Origin: an uncultured delta proteobacterium
GTDB taxonomy: Bacteria > Desulfobacterota > Binatia > UBA9968
Reading direction: 5' to 3'
Length of the DNA: 64,000 nt
Assembly (NCBI GenBank): GCA_963840855.1
Contig: CAWJBB010000002.1
Span: 32,001 to 96,000, forward strand
Every line of letters begins with the position of its first letter. Positions within the stretch are counted from its first letter, which is position 1. A program made the translations under genes and the position numbers. Below the pieces are notes generated by a model, which ran no database searches, was not told the DNA's origin, and was given only the letters and a program-made list of their open reading frames with translations. Below, one piece after another: positions 50,319-60,968 of the stretch.

Positions 50319-51344
50319 ATGAAATTTGGTTCTCACTACCTGCCAACTTATATTCCGGATTTGGACGGGCCGCTGCCGGAATTTTACCAGAAAATGTTTT
50401 CGCAGATGGAGGAAATGGACCGGCTCGGCTATGACCATATCTGGGTGACCGAGCATCACTTTGCTATGTACGGTGGCACCTTGCCGCATCCGCCCACTTT
50501 TATGGCGGCCGTCGCGCGCACGACGAAACGGATTCGCCTTGGGGTTGCGATCAATGTCTTGCCCTTGCACAACCCGATCGATGTCGCCGAGTCGTACGCG
50601 ATGGTCGACGTGATCTCCAACGGGAGATTGGAATTCGGCGTAGGCAAAGGCAGCGAAGGGCATGAGTACAAAAAATTCGGCTTCGACCAGAAAGAATCCA
50701 CCGGTCGCCTGTACGAGGGCGTCAAAGTTATGCTGCAGGCGTGGTCCGACAAGCCGGTGAATTTCACCGGAGAGTTTTTCAACTATCAGAACGTTCCGGT
50801 TTATCCCAAACCAGTGCAGCGGCCGCATCCGCCGGTCTGGGTGGGCTGCGCCCGCTCCGAGGATTCGTTTCGCTGGGCAGGGGAAAACGGCTTTCACTTG
50901 ATGACGCTGCCCTATCTCTACCGCGAAGCCCATATGCTCCCGGGTTTCATAAAAACCTATCGCGACGGATTGGCGAAGAGCGGCCATGATCCGATGGCAA
51001 CGGATATCCTGGGGAAGTTTCACATTTATGTTTCAAGCAGTCTTGAAAAGGCCATGGAAGAAGCCGGACCTTATATTACTTCCTATTATGACGTTCACAG
51101 GGACGCCGATCCGAACCGCAAGGAGCAGGGACTGCTGCTGCACCGCGACACCAAGACGCAACTGCAACAAGGATTTGTTCTTGCCGGGGATCCCGAGCGC
51201 GTTGCCGATAGCATTCGCAAATGGAGCGAGGAAGTCGGCCTGACGACGATTTCCGGCACCTTCTACTTCGGCGGCATGCCCCAAGACATGGCGATGAAAA
51301 ACATCCGCCTGTTCGCGGACAAGGTGCTGCCGCAGCTCAAGTAG
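50319..51344 (+). CDS. LLM-class oxidoreductase (paralog of 23844-24863)
   Basis: 'WVTEHH', 'PKPVQRPHP'; colinear with the paralog. Confidence 0.92.
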   Translation: MKFGSHYLPTYIPDLDGPLPEFYQKMFSQMEEMDRLGYDHIWVTEHHFAMYGGTLPHPPTFMAAVARTTKRIRLGVAINVLPLHNPIDVAESYAMVDVISNGRLEFGVGKGSEGHEYKKFGFDQKESTGRLYEGVKVMLQAWSDKPVNFTGEFFNYQNVPVYPKPVQRPHPPVWVGCARSEDSFRWAGENGFHLMTLPYLYREAHMLPGFIKTYRDGLAKSGHDPMATDILGKFHIYVSSSLEKAMEEAGPYITSYYDVHRDADPNRKEQGLLLHRDTKTQLQQGFVLAGDPERVADSIRKWSEEVGLTTISGTFYFGGMPQDMAMKNIRLFADKVLPQLK

Positions 51345-51926
51345 CGAGAAGAAAATGAGCCACAAAGGGCGTAAAGGTTGGAAGAACGGAGAGGGCCTGC
51401 CTAGGAGTTTGTCCAGCTAGTCACCGATGAGGGTGTTCATCGTCAGGTTTGTCATCGCCACACCCTCACATAATTATGTTGCCATTAACCCCTGACAGAA
51501 TCACTTTGCTACCACACCTAAAAAGGTTTTCAGTTGACACATCCTAAGTCGCTCTAGTACAAGGTTCTCGCGCTCGCCCATGCATAGCTTCGACACCCCC
51601 TAGGTGAATTTCGTTTTATTCAAAGTTCCCAAGGAGGTATCCTCCGTGAAAAAATCCTTTCTACAATCCGTTGACGGTGTAAAGCGTCATCTGCTTAACA
51701 AAAAAATCTCCCCATTCCGCACGAGTATCTGTGGGCCGCCGACACTGAAACAAACGAGGAGGAGCGAAGAGCTCTGCTAAAGGAGGAGTCTAAACAGAAA
51801 GGTTCCAACACCGGCAAGACAACAACGGCATGTTGAAAATATCGAACCTGCCAATTATTCGCGTCACACTGAACGACGGAAACTAATCACGGTAACATCA
51901 ACAGCAGTAGCGAAAGGAGTTTCAAA

Positions 51927-52484
51927 ATGGCTTGGATCAGAACATTTGACGAAAACGAGGCACGAGGACTGCTGAGTTGGGTCTATGGGGTTGCACGATG
52001 GAAGCGGGGGAGAGTCCCCAACATCGTCAAAGTTTCCAGTCTCAATCCGCGTCTTTTAGTCACTCTGGGTCCCCTCTTCCGCACGCTTATGGAGGGACCG
52101 TCGCCTCTGACCCGCGCACAGCGGAAGATGGTGGCCATTGTCGCTTCCAAAGTGAATAATTGCTTTTACTGAACTGAATCCAACGGAGAGTTTCTCCGTG
52201 AAGAGCTGAAGGACGTGGAAGTAGCTGATGCGCTCATGACAGATTATCGCGCCGCTTCCATCGAACCAGAGATGAAACATCTTTTATCCTTTGCGGAGAA
52301 GATGGCGCGGGATGCCAGCAAGATTACTCCGGAGGATATCGATAAAATCCGGACGGCCGGGTTCTCCGATCGAGCGATCCTGGATGCGGTCCACGTCACA
52401 GGCTTTTTTAGTTATATGAATCGAGTGGTACAGGCCCTAGGCGCTGACAGTAAAGGAGGTGATCCCCAAACCCTGAACGCGTAG
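51927..52484 (+). CDS. AhpD-like peroxidase-related selenoprotein (CxxU, Sec82), 185 aa
   Basis: In-frame TGA 52170-52172 in NNCFY-U-TES; downstream 'AGFSDRAILDAV..GFFSYMNRV' completes the domain; SECIS-like hairpin. Confidence 0.88.
52173..52200 (+). promoter_or_regulatory. Putative bacterial SECIS element
   Basis: Stem ACGGAGA/TCTCCGT (52183-52199), loop GTT starting 18 nt after UGA. Confidence 0.75.
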
Positions 52485-52644
52485 AATAATAATGCGTCCA
52501 GTCTTCTTGGATTTGCATTGCTAACGTGACGCGTCCGCTTCTTTTTTGTTTTATATTGCGGCGGAAACTAAATCGTACGGGTATCGTGGCAACCGTGAAA
52601 GAGGAGGCGGTCCGGCCGAGCAAGACTAACGAAAAAGGCTGTTT

Positions 52645-54140
52645 ATGAACGTACTGCTTCTCTCAATGCCGGATTCATTTGAGCACACGCCGACTATTAG
52701 CATCCGAATGCCCAACGGGGCCTCACTTCCCTCGCGGGAAACGCCGACCCGCACCATCACATAGCCGTCGCCGATCTCATCTTGGTCCAGAGCTCTGTTC
52801 GAGCAACCCTCGAACACCTCATGAAAACATTACAGCCAGATCTGGTGGGTCTTTCGGTCATGACGTTTCAGCGTAAAACGGCCAAAAAAATCATCGATGT
52901 ATTGCGTTCGCTCAAGCCAAGCGTCCGCGTTGTCGTGGGCGGTTATGATCCGAGTGTGGCGCTGCAAGCTTATACCGACGATTCCGGTAGCCTGGTTGAC
53001 TTTATCGTCCGCGGCGAAGGTGAGATCACTTTTCGCGAACTGTTGCGGGCCATCGAAATCGGCGGCGGCTATGAGGGAATTCTAGGTTTGTCTTTTCGCG
53101 AGGACGGTCGTTTCCGACACAATCCCGATCGTCCGGTGAGCGGCCTTGATGGGGGTGAGATACGGCTCCCCAACCGCGACGCACGGGTCCTCAGCGGCTA
53201 CACGATGATGGGCCGCCAAGTCGACATCGTTGAAACCTCTCGTGGTTGTACTTTTGATTGCAGCTTCTGCTCGATCGTCACTATGCGGGGTCGTCAATTC
53301 CACACGTATTCGTTCGATCGGGTACTGGCGGATATACGGGATGCCCGCGATCACGGCGCACGATCAATTTTCTTAGTCGACGATAATATCACGCTGAACG
53401 TGCGACGATTCGAAGCTCTGTGCCACGCGATTATAGACACGCGGCTGCATCACTTGGATTACTTTGTCCAGGCGATGACCTCAGCTATCGCCAACTACAG
53501 CGACAAACTCGTGCCGTTGATGCGCAAAGCTGGCTTTCGCTATGTTTTCCTCGGCATTGAGAACATCCTCGAAGCTGATCTGAAGTTCCTCCGCGCCGCC
53601 TCTAAGAATGCGCAGCGCGAAAATGGCCGAAGCACCGGCAACGCCACCCTCAAAGCCATCGGCGCGCTGCGCAAAAATAAGATGTATGTCGTAGGAGGCC
53701 TTATCATAGGCAACCCGGGAGATACACGCGACTCGATTAAGGCCAACCTTGACTTCGCGCGACGGCATGTCGATTGGCCTTACATTCAGCACCCCACCCC
53801 TTATCCTCGAACAGCGATGACTCAAGATTTTCAGAAGCGCAGGTTGATTATCGACGAGCGGCCGGAAAACTATGATGGCATTACGGCGGTGGTCAGAAAC
53901 GATCATTTAACGGCCGAGGAGATCGAATTTCTCAGATGGCGCGCCGAGCGCTGGATGAAACTTCGACACATGCCGGCGGTTTTCTGTCACGACCCATTGT
54001 TTATCTTGCGCCATGGCGCAAGGATTCTCGCACATATTTTTCGCGGCGTGACCTTAAAGACTCTGTTTGGCCTTGAAAATGAACGTAAAGCGTTTGAACG
54101 CTACCGCGCGATTCGTCAGGCGGAGCGGATGTATGTTTAA
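52645..54140 (+). CDS. B12-binding domain / radical SAM protein, frameshift near 52721
   Basis: 'MNVLLLSMPD..MPNGA', 'VVGGYD', 'RGCTFDCSFC', 'LVDDNI'. Confidence 0.85.
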
Positions 54141-54235
54141 TATTCTGCTCCTTCGGCGAGGGGAGAAGTTCTCACGAGGCCCACTTAGGAGGCATAAAAG
54201 GGGATCGCGCCAAGCAAGCTTGGGAGAGGAGGAAG

Positions 54236-54500
54236 AGATGTAGAAAGCAGCTCGGAAACCTTTCAGTGAAACCTTGTCGGTAACCAAGCCGGCCCGGGAA
54301 GGCCTAACCCGCTCCCGGAAGCGAGTCTTGCGCAGCGGTGGGGCAACCCATGCGGCGAAGCGTAGACAGCGAGTGCCAAGGCCCGGCTATTGAGCTTCGA
54401 AAGTTTCCAAGTGTGAGCCTTCGTCGTTCCCCTCACGGGGGCCATGCGGAGCGCACCGCTAGGGCGAGCAGCGCGCCGCGCACCACCGAGCCGAAGAGAA
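54236..54500 (+). ncRNA. Group II intron 5' (domain I) fragment
   Basis: 'GAAGCGAGTCTTGCG..GCGAAGCGTAGACAGCG..CTATTGAGCTTCGAAA' pattern; no domain V nearby. Confidence 0.6.
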
Positions 54501-54658
54501 AAGGGGTCGGACCCTGATCGTTTGCGGACGCTATAACCCTGAGGACCGCTTAAATTCTGTGCTCATAGCGAGCGATTGTGGCCTAAAGACCCGCTCGTGA
54601 CCGAATCGCACAAGCTGGATATCTCGATATCTAGACCAGGATGCGATACAAGGGCAGG

Positions 54659-55720
54659 ATGTTTGACTGGAAGCGCTGTGGTCCGATCGCAGCACGCGGT
54701 GTCCTTTTCCTCGCGGCGTTGACCGGTGCCAACAGTATCGCCACAGCTCAAACTGCGCCTTTTTATCAAGGCAAAACGATCCGTCTCGTAGTCGGCTCGC
54801 CGCCGGGCGGTTTCTACGATCGCGCCGCGCGACTGCTCGCGCGCTATATGGGGAAATATTTGCCTGGCAATCCTGAAATCATTGTGCAGAACATGCCCGG
54901 CGCCGGGTCCCTGGTGGCCACCAACTACATCTATTCTGTCGCTAAAAGCGACGGCCTAACGATCGGCATGCCGCTCAGTTACATCTATCTGGACCAGCTC
55001 ACCGGTAAGCCGGAGGCCAAGTTTGATGTGCGCAAGCTCACCTGGATCGGCGCCCTCGATAAAACCCCGGCGATTTTGTACATGCGCGCCGATACCCCCT
55101 ATCGGACGATTGAAGATGTCGCAAAAGCCAAAGAGCCGCCCAAGTGCGGCGCTTCCGGGATTTCGAGCGGGAGCAATATTTTGGTGCGCGCTCTGGAGGA
55201 AGCCCTGGGCATCAAATTCACCATGGTCTTGGGGTATCCAGGAGGTTCCGAAATTGATTTGGCCGTGGAAAAGGGCGAAATCGTCTGCGCAGGGATGACA
55301 TTATACGCGCACTTCGGGCGCGAACCCTTTGGCACGTGGCACAAAAAGAATTTTGACCGGCACCTTGTTCAGACCGGTCGCAAACGCGATCCGCGGGCGG
55401 CGGAGGTGCCGACTCTTTATGAGCTGATGGAAAAGTTCAAGACACCAGAGATCAGCCGCCGCCTGATTCGCGTGTTATTTGCCGGCGACGAGTACGGCCA
55501 TCCGATGATTGCGCCGCCGGAGACGCCGGCCGATCGCGTCAGACTTTTGCGCGAGGCATACGCCAAAGTGCTAAACGATCCCGATCTTTTGGCCGAGGCA
55601 AAAAAAGGCAATATGGAGCTCGATCCATCAACGGGCGACGAACAGGAAGCGATCATGAAAGAGGTTGTCAACCAGCCGCCAGAGATTGTGCAAAAGATCA
55701 AAAAGCTTTTCGGAGAGTAA
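54659..55720 (+). CDS. TctC/Bug substrate-binding protein (paralog of 33838-34869)
   Basis: 'FYQGKTI..GSPPGGFYD', 'VQNMPGAG', 'GYPGG..LAVEKGE'. Confidence 0.9.
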   Translation: MFDWKRCGPIAARGVLFLAALTGANSIATAQTAPFYQGKTIRLVVGSPPGGFYDRAARLLARYMGKYLPGNPEIIVQNMPGAGSLVATNYIYSVAKSDGLTIGMPLSYIYLDQLTGKPEAKFDVRKLTWIGALDKTPAILYMRADTPYRTIEDVAKAKEPPKCGASGISSGSNILVRALEEALGIKFTMVLGYPGGSEIDLAVEKGEIVCAGMTLYAHFGREPFGTWHKKNFDRHLVQTGRKRDPRAAEVPTLYELMEKFKTPEISRRLIRVLFAGDEYGHPMIAPPETPADRVRLLREAYAKVLNDPDLLAEAKKGNMELDPSTGDEQEAIMKEVVNQPPEIVQKIKKLFGE

Positions 55721-56090
55721 GGCGATTGAGAGCTTACAAATTCCCGTTCACTTTCCATGATGCTCAGCGCGAACGAGCTCTAATAGATCAAATTCAGCTC
55801 CTTCGTGGTCTTAGAGCGTACGTTTTAAGCGAAAAAACGCGCGGTGCATCAGCCATGATTCAATACCTCCGTTTCGTAATCATAGTCGAATCGATTCTTG
55901 CGATATTCATTAGCAACGGGAGGACTCCGCCGTCAAGCTTTCTGCGGCTTCGGCCCGAGAACTCCTCTAGTTGGTAATACCGGAGACTCTCCTCGCCCTC
56001 GAAACGATTGGAACTATTGTAACGTCTGGAACGATTGGAACAGGCTTCGTTATCTGTAAAATTGCCACTCCACGTGTGGCATCGCTCCGC

Positions 56091-56510
56091 CTATCCCCCC
56101 ATCGGCGGCATTTTTGGAAATTTGGGCAGCGTCGGATTCATGTGATCCCAAGGCTGGGCGCTGGCTGTGAAGATGTCCATGGTCGGCTTATACTGGCTCG
56201 GGTCATCGAGACTCCCGGCCGTGATCATCGCGAGTTCCGGCATAGCGCTGGTTTTTGCGAACAAACGCGCACCGCACTCCGGGCAAAAACCACGGCTTAA
56301 CGTATTGCCGCTATCTGCTTTGCTGTCGTAATACTTAACCGTGCCGGTGATCTTTAACGCGGCTGCCGGCAGTCCGATGTCAGGATCATACGCACTGCCG
56401 CTTGCCTTTTGGCAATCGCGGCAGTGGCAATTACCCATAAAAAGCGGATCGGCAGAACATTCGTAGCGCACCGCACCGCAAAGGCAGCCTCCAGTAAATC
56501 TATTAGCCAT
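56091..56510 (-). CDS. GFA (glutathione-dependent formaldehyde-activating) family protein
   Basis: 'GGCLCGAVRY', 'CHCRDCQK', 'FCPECG'. Confidence 0.93.
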   Translation of the reverse strand: MANRFTGGCLCGAVRYECSADPLFMGNCHCRDCQKASGSAYDPDIGLPAAALKITGTVKYYDSKADSGNTLSRGFCPECGARLFAKTSAMPELAMITAGSLDDPSQYKPTMDIFTASAQPWDHMNPTLPKFPKMPPMGG

Positions 56511-56828
56511 AGTTTTTCCTCCTTGCTTGTCCGTCAATTCTTAATGCTACTATTACCGCTAGTAGCTCGAGAAATCGATGATATTCACGTCTACCGACTC
56601 TGCATTTCACAAACGCGCGAGTTAGGACATGCCCTCATGCGTCTGCCCACGACGCTAGACCCCGCGATGCACGCAAGGTATAAACGCTTTGACTGTGTCG
56701 GTTCTCGGTGCAACAACTCGGACGATCTAAGGGAGGTAAGGCATGGAGCAAGAGTTTGCCGGTACCAGCGAGGACTTGAAGATCGGCAGGATAGTCGGTC
56801 GTGTCGTGCTCAACTCCGAACCGATCCA

Positions 56829-58409
56829 ATGATTCCCTTTTCCTGGAGCAACCCCTACGCCTGGCCGCGAAAGCCGCTGCTCGCGCAGAACGTCGTCGCC
56901 ACTTCCCAGCCGCTCGCCGCGCAGGCGGGGCTGCAGATGCTCGCTGCCGGCGGCAACGCAGTGGATGCGATCCTTGCCACCGCAATCACGCTGTCACTGG
57001 TCGAACCGGTGTCAAACGGTATCGGCTCGGATGCCTACGCGCTCGTCTGGGACGGGCGCAAGCTGCACGGCCTGAACGCCTCGGGGCGCTCGCCGGCGGC
57101 GTGGACGCCCGACTACTTCTGCGGCAAGGCAGCCATGCCGGCGCGCGGCTGGGACACGGTCACCGTGCCGGGCGCGGTATCGGCGTGGGTCGAGATGCAC
57201 GGCAAGTTCGGCAAGCTGCCGTTCCGCAAGCTCTTCGAGCAGGCGATTTGCTACGGCCGCGAGGGCTTTCTCGTCTCGCCGACGATCGCGGGGCAGTGGC
57301 AGGCCCAGGTCGAGAATCTGAAGGATCTTCCCGGCTTCGCTGCGGCGTTCTTGCCTGGAGGACGCGCGCCTCGCGCTGGAGAAAAGTTCGTCTTCAAGAG
57401 CCATGCCTTGGCCCTGGAAAAGATCGCTGTCACGAAGGGAAAGGCGTTCTATCGCGGCGAGCTTGCTGAAAAGCTCGAGGCGGCGGCGAAGAAGCAGGGC
57501 GGCGCGCTGCGCGCGTCCGACCTGGCGGCGCACCGGCCCGACTGGGTGAAGCCGCTCGAAATTGACTATCGCAGCTACACGCTGCACGAGATCCCGCCCA
57601 ACGGTCAGGGCATCGTAGCGCTGATCGCGCTCGGCATCCTCGGTAACTTCGACCTGAGCTCGCACCCGGTGGACGGCGCCGATAGCCTGCACCTGCAGAT
57701 TGAGGCGGTGAAGCTCGCCTTCGCCGATGCCTGGCGCTACGTGGCCGACATTGACCACATGGACGTGCGCCCGCAGGCACTGCTCGACAAGGAATACCTG
57801 AAGTCGAGATCGAGGCTCATCGATCCGAAGCGCGCGCAGGATTTCGGCCACGGCAATCCACCGAAAGGCGGCACCGTGTACCTTGCCGCGGCTGACGCCT
57901 CCGGGATGATGGTCTCATTCATCCAGTCGAACTACATGGGCTTCGGCTCGGGCGTGGTGGTGGACGGCATCTCGCTGCAGAACCGCGGCGCCACCTTCGT
58001 GCTTCAGCCGGGCCACCCCAACTGCGTCGGGCCCGGCAAGCGCCCGTACCAGACCATCATCCCCGGCTTCGTCACGAAAGACGGCCGGCCCGTGATGAGC
58101 TTCGGCGTGATGGGCGGGACCATGCAGCCACAGGGCCACACGCAGGTGATGGTGCGCATCGCCGACTACGGCCAGAGCCCGCAGGCGGCATGCGACGGCC
58201 CGCGCTTCCGCGTGGTGCAGGGCATGGATGTGAGCGTAGAGGACGGCTTCCCCGCAGCCTCACTCGAGGAGCTGAAGCGTCGCGGCCACAGTATCGTGAC
58301 GGTAGACGACTACAACCAGTTCGGCTGCGGCCAGATGATTTGGAAGCTCGACGGCGGGTACTTCACCGCCAGCGATCCGCGCCGCGACGGGCAGGCAGTA
58401 GGTTTCTAG
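56829..58409 (+). CDS. ggt: Gamma-glutamyltransferase family protein
   Basis: 'ATSQPLAAQAG', 'GGNAVDA', autoproteolysis 'GGTVY', 'GVMGG..QPQG', 'SDPRRDG'. Confidence 0.93.
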   Translation: MIPFSWSNPYAWPRKPLLAQNVVATSQPLAAQAGLQMLAAGGNAVDAILATAITLSLVEPVSNGIGSDAYALVWDGRKLHGLNASGRSPAAWTPDYFCGKAAMPARGWDTVTVPGAVSAWVEMHGKFGKLPFRKLFEQAICYGREGFLVSPTIAGQWQAQVENLKDLPGFAAAFLPGGRAPRAGEKFVFKSHALALEKIAVTKGKAFYRGELAEKLEAAAKKQGGALRASDLAAHRPDWVKPLEIDYRSYTLHEIPPNGQGIVALIALGILGNFDLSSHPVDGADSLHLQIEAVKLAFADAWRYVADIDHMDVRPQALLDKEYLKSRSRLIDPKRAQDFGHGNPPKGGTVYLAAADASGMMVSFIQSNYMGFGSGVVVDGISLQNRGATFVLQPGHPNCVGPGKRPYQTIIPGFVTKDGRPVMSFGVMGGTMQPQGHTQVMVRIADYGQSPQAACDGPRFRVVQGMDVSVEDGFPAASLEELKRRGHSIVTVDDYNQFGCGQMIWKLDGGYFTASDPRRDGQAVGF

Positions 58410-58448
58410 AATGGGCAGCAATGGGGGTAGACATAACACTCTGTACAA

Positions 58449-58700
58449 CTAATTTCGTTCCGGTGCTGAAGCCCGCAACAGCATCATACTGATATGCGCC
58501 TGATCGCGCCGCAGAAACTTCGCTACCTCGCTTACGGCTTGACGACGAAAGCCCGAATCCTCTTTCAGCCTTTCCTCCGCTGGCCTCACGGCGTGACTCG
58601 CCGTGGACAACTCCTTGACCTGAAGAAACCGAGCCAATTCTGAGAGTCCCTGATCTCTCCATATCGCCGCGCGATGTAACATAACATCTCCCGGGGGAAC
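58449..58700 (-). pseudogene. Possible C-terminal HTH remnant of a REP-associated tyrosine transposase
   Basis: 'LSELARFLQVKELSTASHAV..AEERLKED..F' resembles the DnaA-C-like HTH of RAYTs. Confidence 0.4.
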
Positions 58701-58912
58701 GTCACAGGGAGTGCGTGGCTCGCAGCCCTCGGGAGCGCGCAACTCCTCCAACTCGCTCGCGCTCTCCGAGTTGTTCACCCACGCAATCCACTGGCTTGGC
58801 CACTCTACAGGCCCAGTCGCTTAGAGCTGAAATTGTTTGTCCTTGCCGGAATTATTGTGTTAAAGATTTTGCATACCGCAGGTTCGAACACCTTTTGGGA
58901 GGTAACGGGCGT

Positions 58913-60031
58913 ATGAAAGCGATTTCGAGAAATTTCACTTTGGCCCTGGGGCTGTGGCTCACGGCTTTTGCTGGATATAGCGACGCTGCGAGTCCGGCGT
59001 TGCTTAAAGCCAAACAGGAGGCCGAGACGAAGGGATATGTTTTCGCGACGAGCCACGACCAGATCGTGGCCACAGCCAAAAAAGAGGGCAAGATGCGCGC
59101 CGTAAGCTTCCTGTCCGGGACGATGCTTGACGCGATGGTTCGCGCCTTTAGGGCGAAATACCCGTTTCTCGACGTCCATGTGGAGGAGCAAGGAGGATCG
59201 GTTGAAGCGGCGCAACGCTTTCTCCTGGAGATCAAGGCCGGCATCGTAAAGGACTGGGATGCCAATCGCCTCTGGACCGAGTTATACGATGAGTACCTGC
59301 CGCACCAGAAGAAGTTCGACATTCTGGGCATGGCCCAGAACAAGGTGCTAAATATCCCTCCGATGATGGTCGATCCCGTTCACCGCCACGTCGTGGCGCT
59401 TAGCAGCAACCTCCATGTGCTGGCCTACAACAACAAGTTGATCCCTCCCGAAAAGGTCCCCGTAAAGTGGGAGGATCTCTTGCGGCCCGAGTTCAAAGGG
59501 AAGAAGTTCGCCTCGGATATTCGGCCCGTAGCGGTTGCGGCGCTGGTCCCTGCGTGGGGCCTTGAGAAGACCCTCGACTTTGCCAGGAAGATCGCAGCAC
59601 AGCAGCCTTTCTGGGGAAGAGGCCATTCCATCGTGATTTCTTCTGTTCAGGCCGGAGAGATCCCCATGTTTATGGGGACCAACTTCGGAGCCGTCAAGAG
59701 AGCGCAGTCAAAAGACCGCGCCAAGGTGCTCGGATATAAGTTTTTGGAGCCGGTTGTGGGCAGGCTGCACCTCACCGACGGCGTATTGGCCGCGGCCAGA
59801 AATCCTTATGCCGCCCTTTTATGGCTGGAGTTTCAGGCATCGCCCGAAGGGCAAAAGTTACTGGATGAATACTGGCCTTTTGGCGCGTCCGTACTGTTGC
59901 CCGATTCGGTTCAAGCGCAAGAGACCAAAGGAAAGACACTCTCCCTGCTCGATTGGAACCACTATACAAAGCTCGACGAATACACCTCGAAGGTTGCGGT
60001 GGCTTACGGCTTTCCAAAGGCCGAGCGTTAA
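58913..60031 (+). CDS. ABC substrate-binding protein (AfuA/Fe3+-thiamine-like)
   Basis: Signal peptide; 'AKKEG', 'FRAKYP', 'AYN..L', 'WEDLL.P.FKGK'. Confidence 0.85.
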   Translation: MKAISRNFTLALGLWLTAFAGYSDAASPALLKAKQEAETKGYVFATSHDQIVATAKKEGKMRAVSFLSGTMLDAMVRAFRAKYPFLDVHVEEQGGSVEAAQRFLLEIKAGIVKDWDANRLWTELYDEYLPHQKKFDILGMAQNKVLNIPPMMVDPVHRHVVALSSNLHVLAYNNKLIPPEKVPVKWEDLLRPEFKGKKFASDIRPVAVAALVPAWGLEKTLDFARKIAAQQPFWGRGHSIVISSVQAGEIPMFMGTNFGAVKRAQSKDRAKVLGYKFLEPVVGRLHLTDGVLAAARNPYAALLWLEFQASPEGQKLLDEYWPFGASVLLPDSVQAQETKGKTLSLLDWNHYTKLDEYTSKVAVAYGFPKAER

Positions 60032-60049
60032 GTCGGGAGCAGATTTGAC

Positions 60050-60192
60050 ATTTATTCTCCTTCGCCGAATACCTCGCAGCTTGCTGCGAGGATGAAGGTG
60101 AGGAGAACCCTCCGTAGCCTTGGCGAAGGAGGGTTGAAGGGCTTCGAAGAATTTCGCAAAGATACCTCGGAGCTTTGCTCCGAGGAGCTTTA
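60050..60192. mobile_element. Non-autonomous IS200/IS605-like end remnant
   Basis: Two related hairpins CCTCGCAGCTTGCTGCGAGG (60072-60091) and CCTCGGAGCTTTGCTCCGAGG (60165-60185). Confidence 0.55.
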
Positions 60193-60279
60193 TTTGGAGT
60201 TGAATAGGCTACCGTGGGGATTGAGGCCGTTTTTAACAGTCGCGAGCGCCCGATAGCATGGTAATCAAAGGAGGTGTAA

Positions 60280-60759
60280 ATGGTACAGCCGAACAAGATA
60301 GCAGGTATCACCGTTGCACGGCAGCAACAAATAGACGTGTCGTCAGACCCGAGCAGAGGCAAGTGGAGCAGCCCGTTCCGTTTGCGTGCTGGAAACCTCG
60401 CCGTTGGCCTAATGAGAGTCAACAAGGACGGCGGCGAGAACAATCTCCACGCGCATCCTGATGTAGAGTCGATCTGGATTGTGCTGAAGGGAAGGGCGAG
60501 ATTTTATGGTATGAACGATGTCCTGGTCGCCGAACTTGGGCCCGGCGAAGGTGTCGCCATACCCAAAGGAGTTCCTTACTGGTTCGATAACAAAGAGGAA
60601 GAGCCACTGGAGGTTTACCACATCACCAGCCGAGACCCTTCGATCAAGGATGTCCACCGTGTAAACTTCGCTCCATACACCGTGGCGCAAGAGACCCGCG
60701 GACCGAGGCCGGGGCGCGAGGCTACGGAGCAGGAGAAAGAGGCGGCGGCTAAGTTATGA
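60280..60759 (+). CDS. Cupin domain protein
   Basis: RBS GGAGG; 'GGENNLHAHP..E.IW.VLKG', 'IPKGVPY.F'. Confidence 0.88.
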   Translation: MVQPNKIAGITVARQQQIDVSSDPSRGKWSSPFRLRAGNLAVGLMRVNKDGGENNLHAHPDVESIWIVLKGRARFYGMNDVLVAELGPGEGVAIPKGVPYWFDNKEEEPLEVYHITSRDPSIKDVHRVNFAPYTVAQETRGPRPGREATEQEKEAAAKL

Positions 60760-60968
60760 TAAATAAGTCCCGACAGGATGTTGATCTGATATTAATCTGA
60801 TAACGGTGTCATTTATTGACCGATTTCACGGAACGTACCCACCCAATTTCAACGAAGGGACCCACCTGATTTCAAGGAAGGGACCCACCCAATTTCAGGT
60901 GGTCCCCTTCGTTTCTGAGCGAGCCGACGAACGATGCTACCTTGGCCAACTGGAGGAGGATCCAGTTA

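Noticed and set aside
56409-56828. N-terminal extension of the ggt ORF
   Set aside because: Overlaps the divergent GFA gene and lacks GGT similarity; start at 56829 more plausible
60823-60915. Repeats GGGACCCACC.AATTTCA resembling a mini-CRISPR
   Set aside because: No unique spacers; mirrored at 63450-63505 as IS21 terminal transposase-binding repeats
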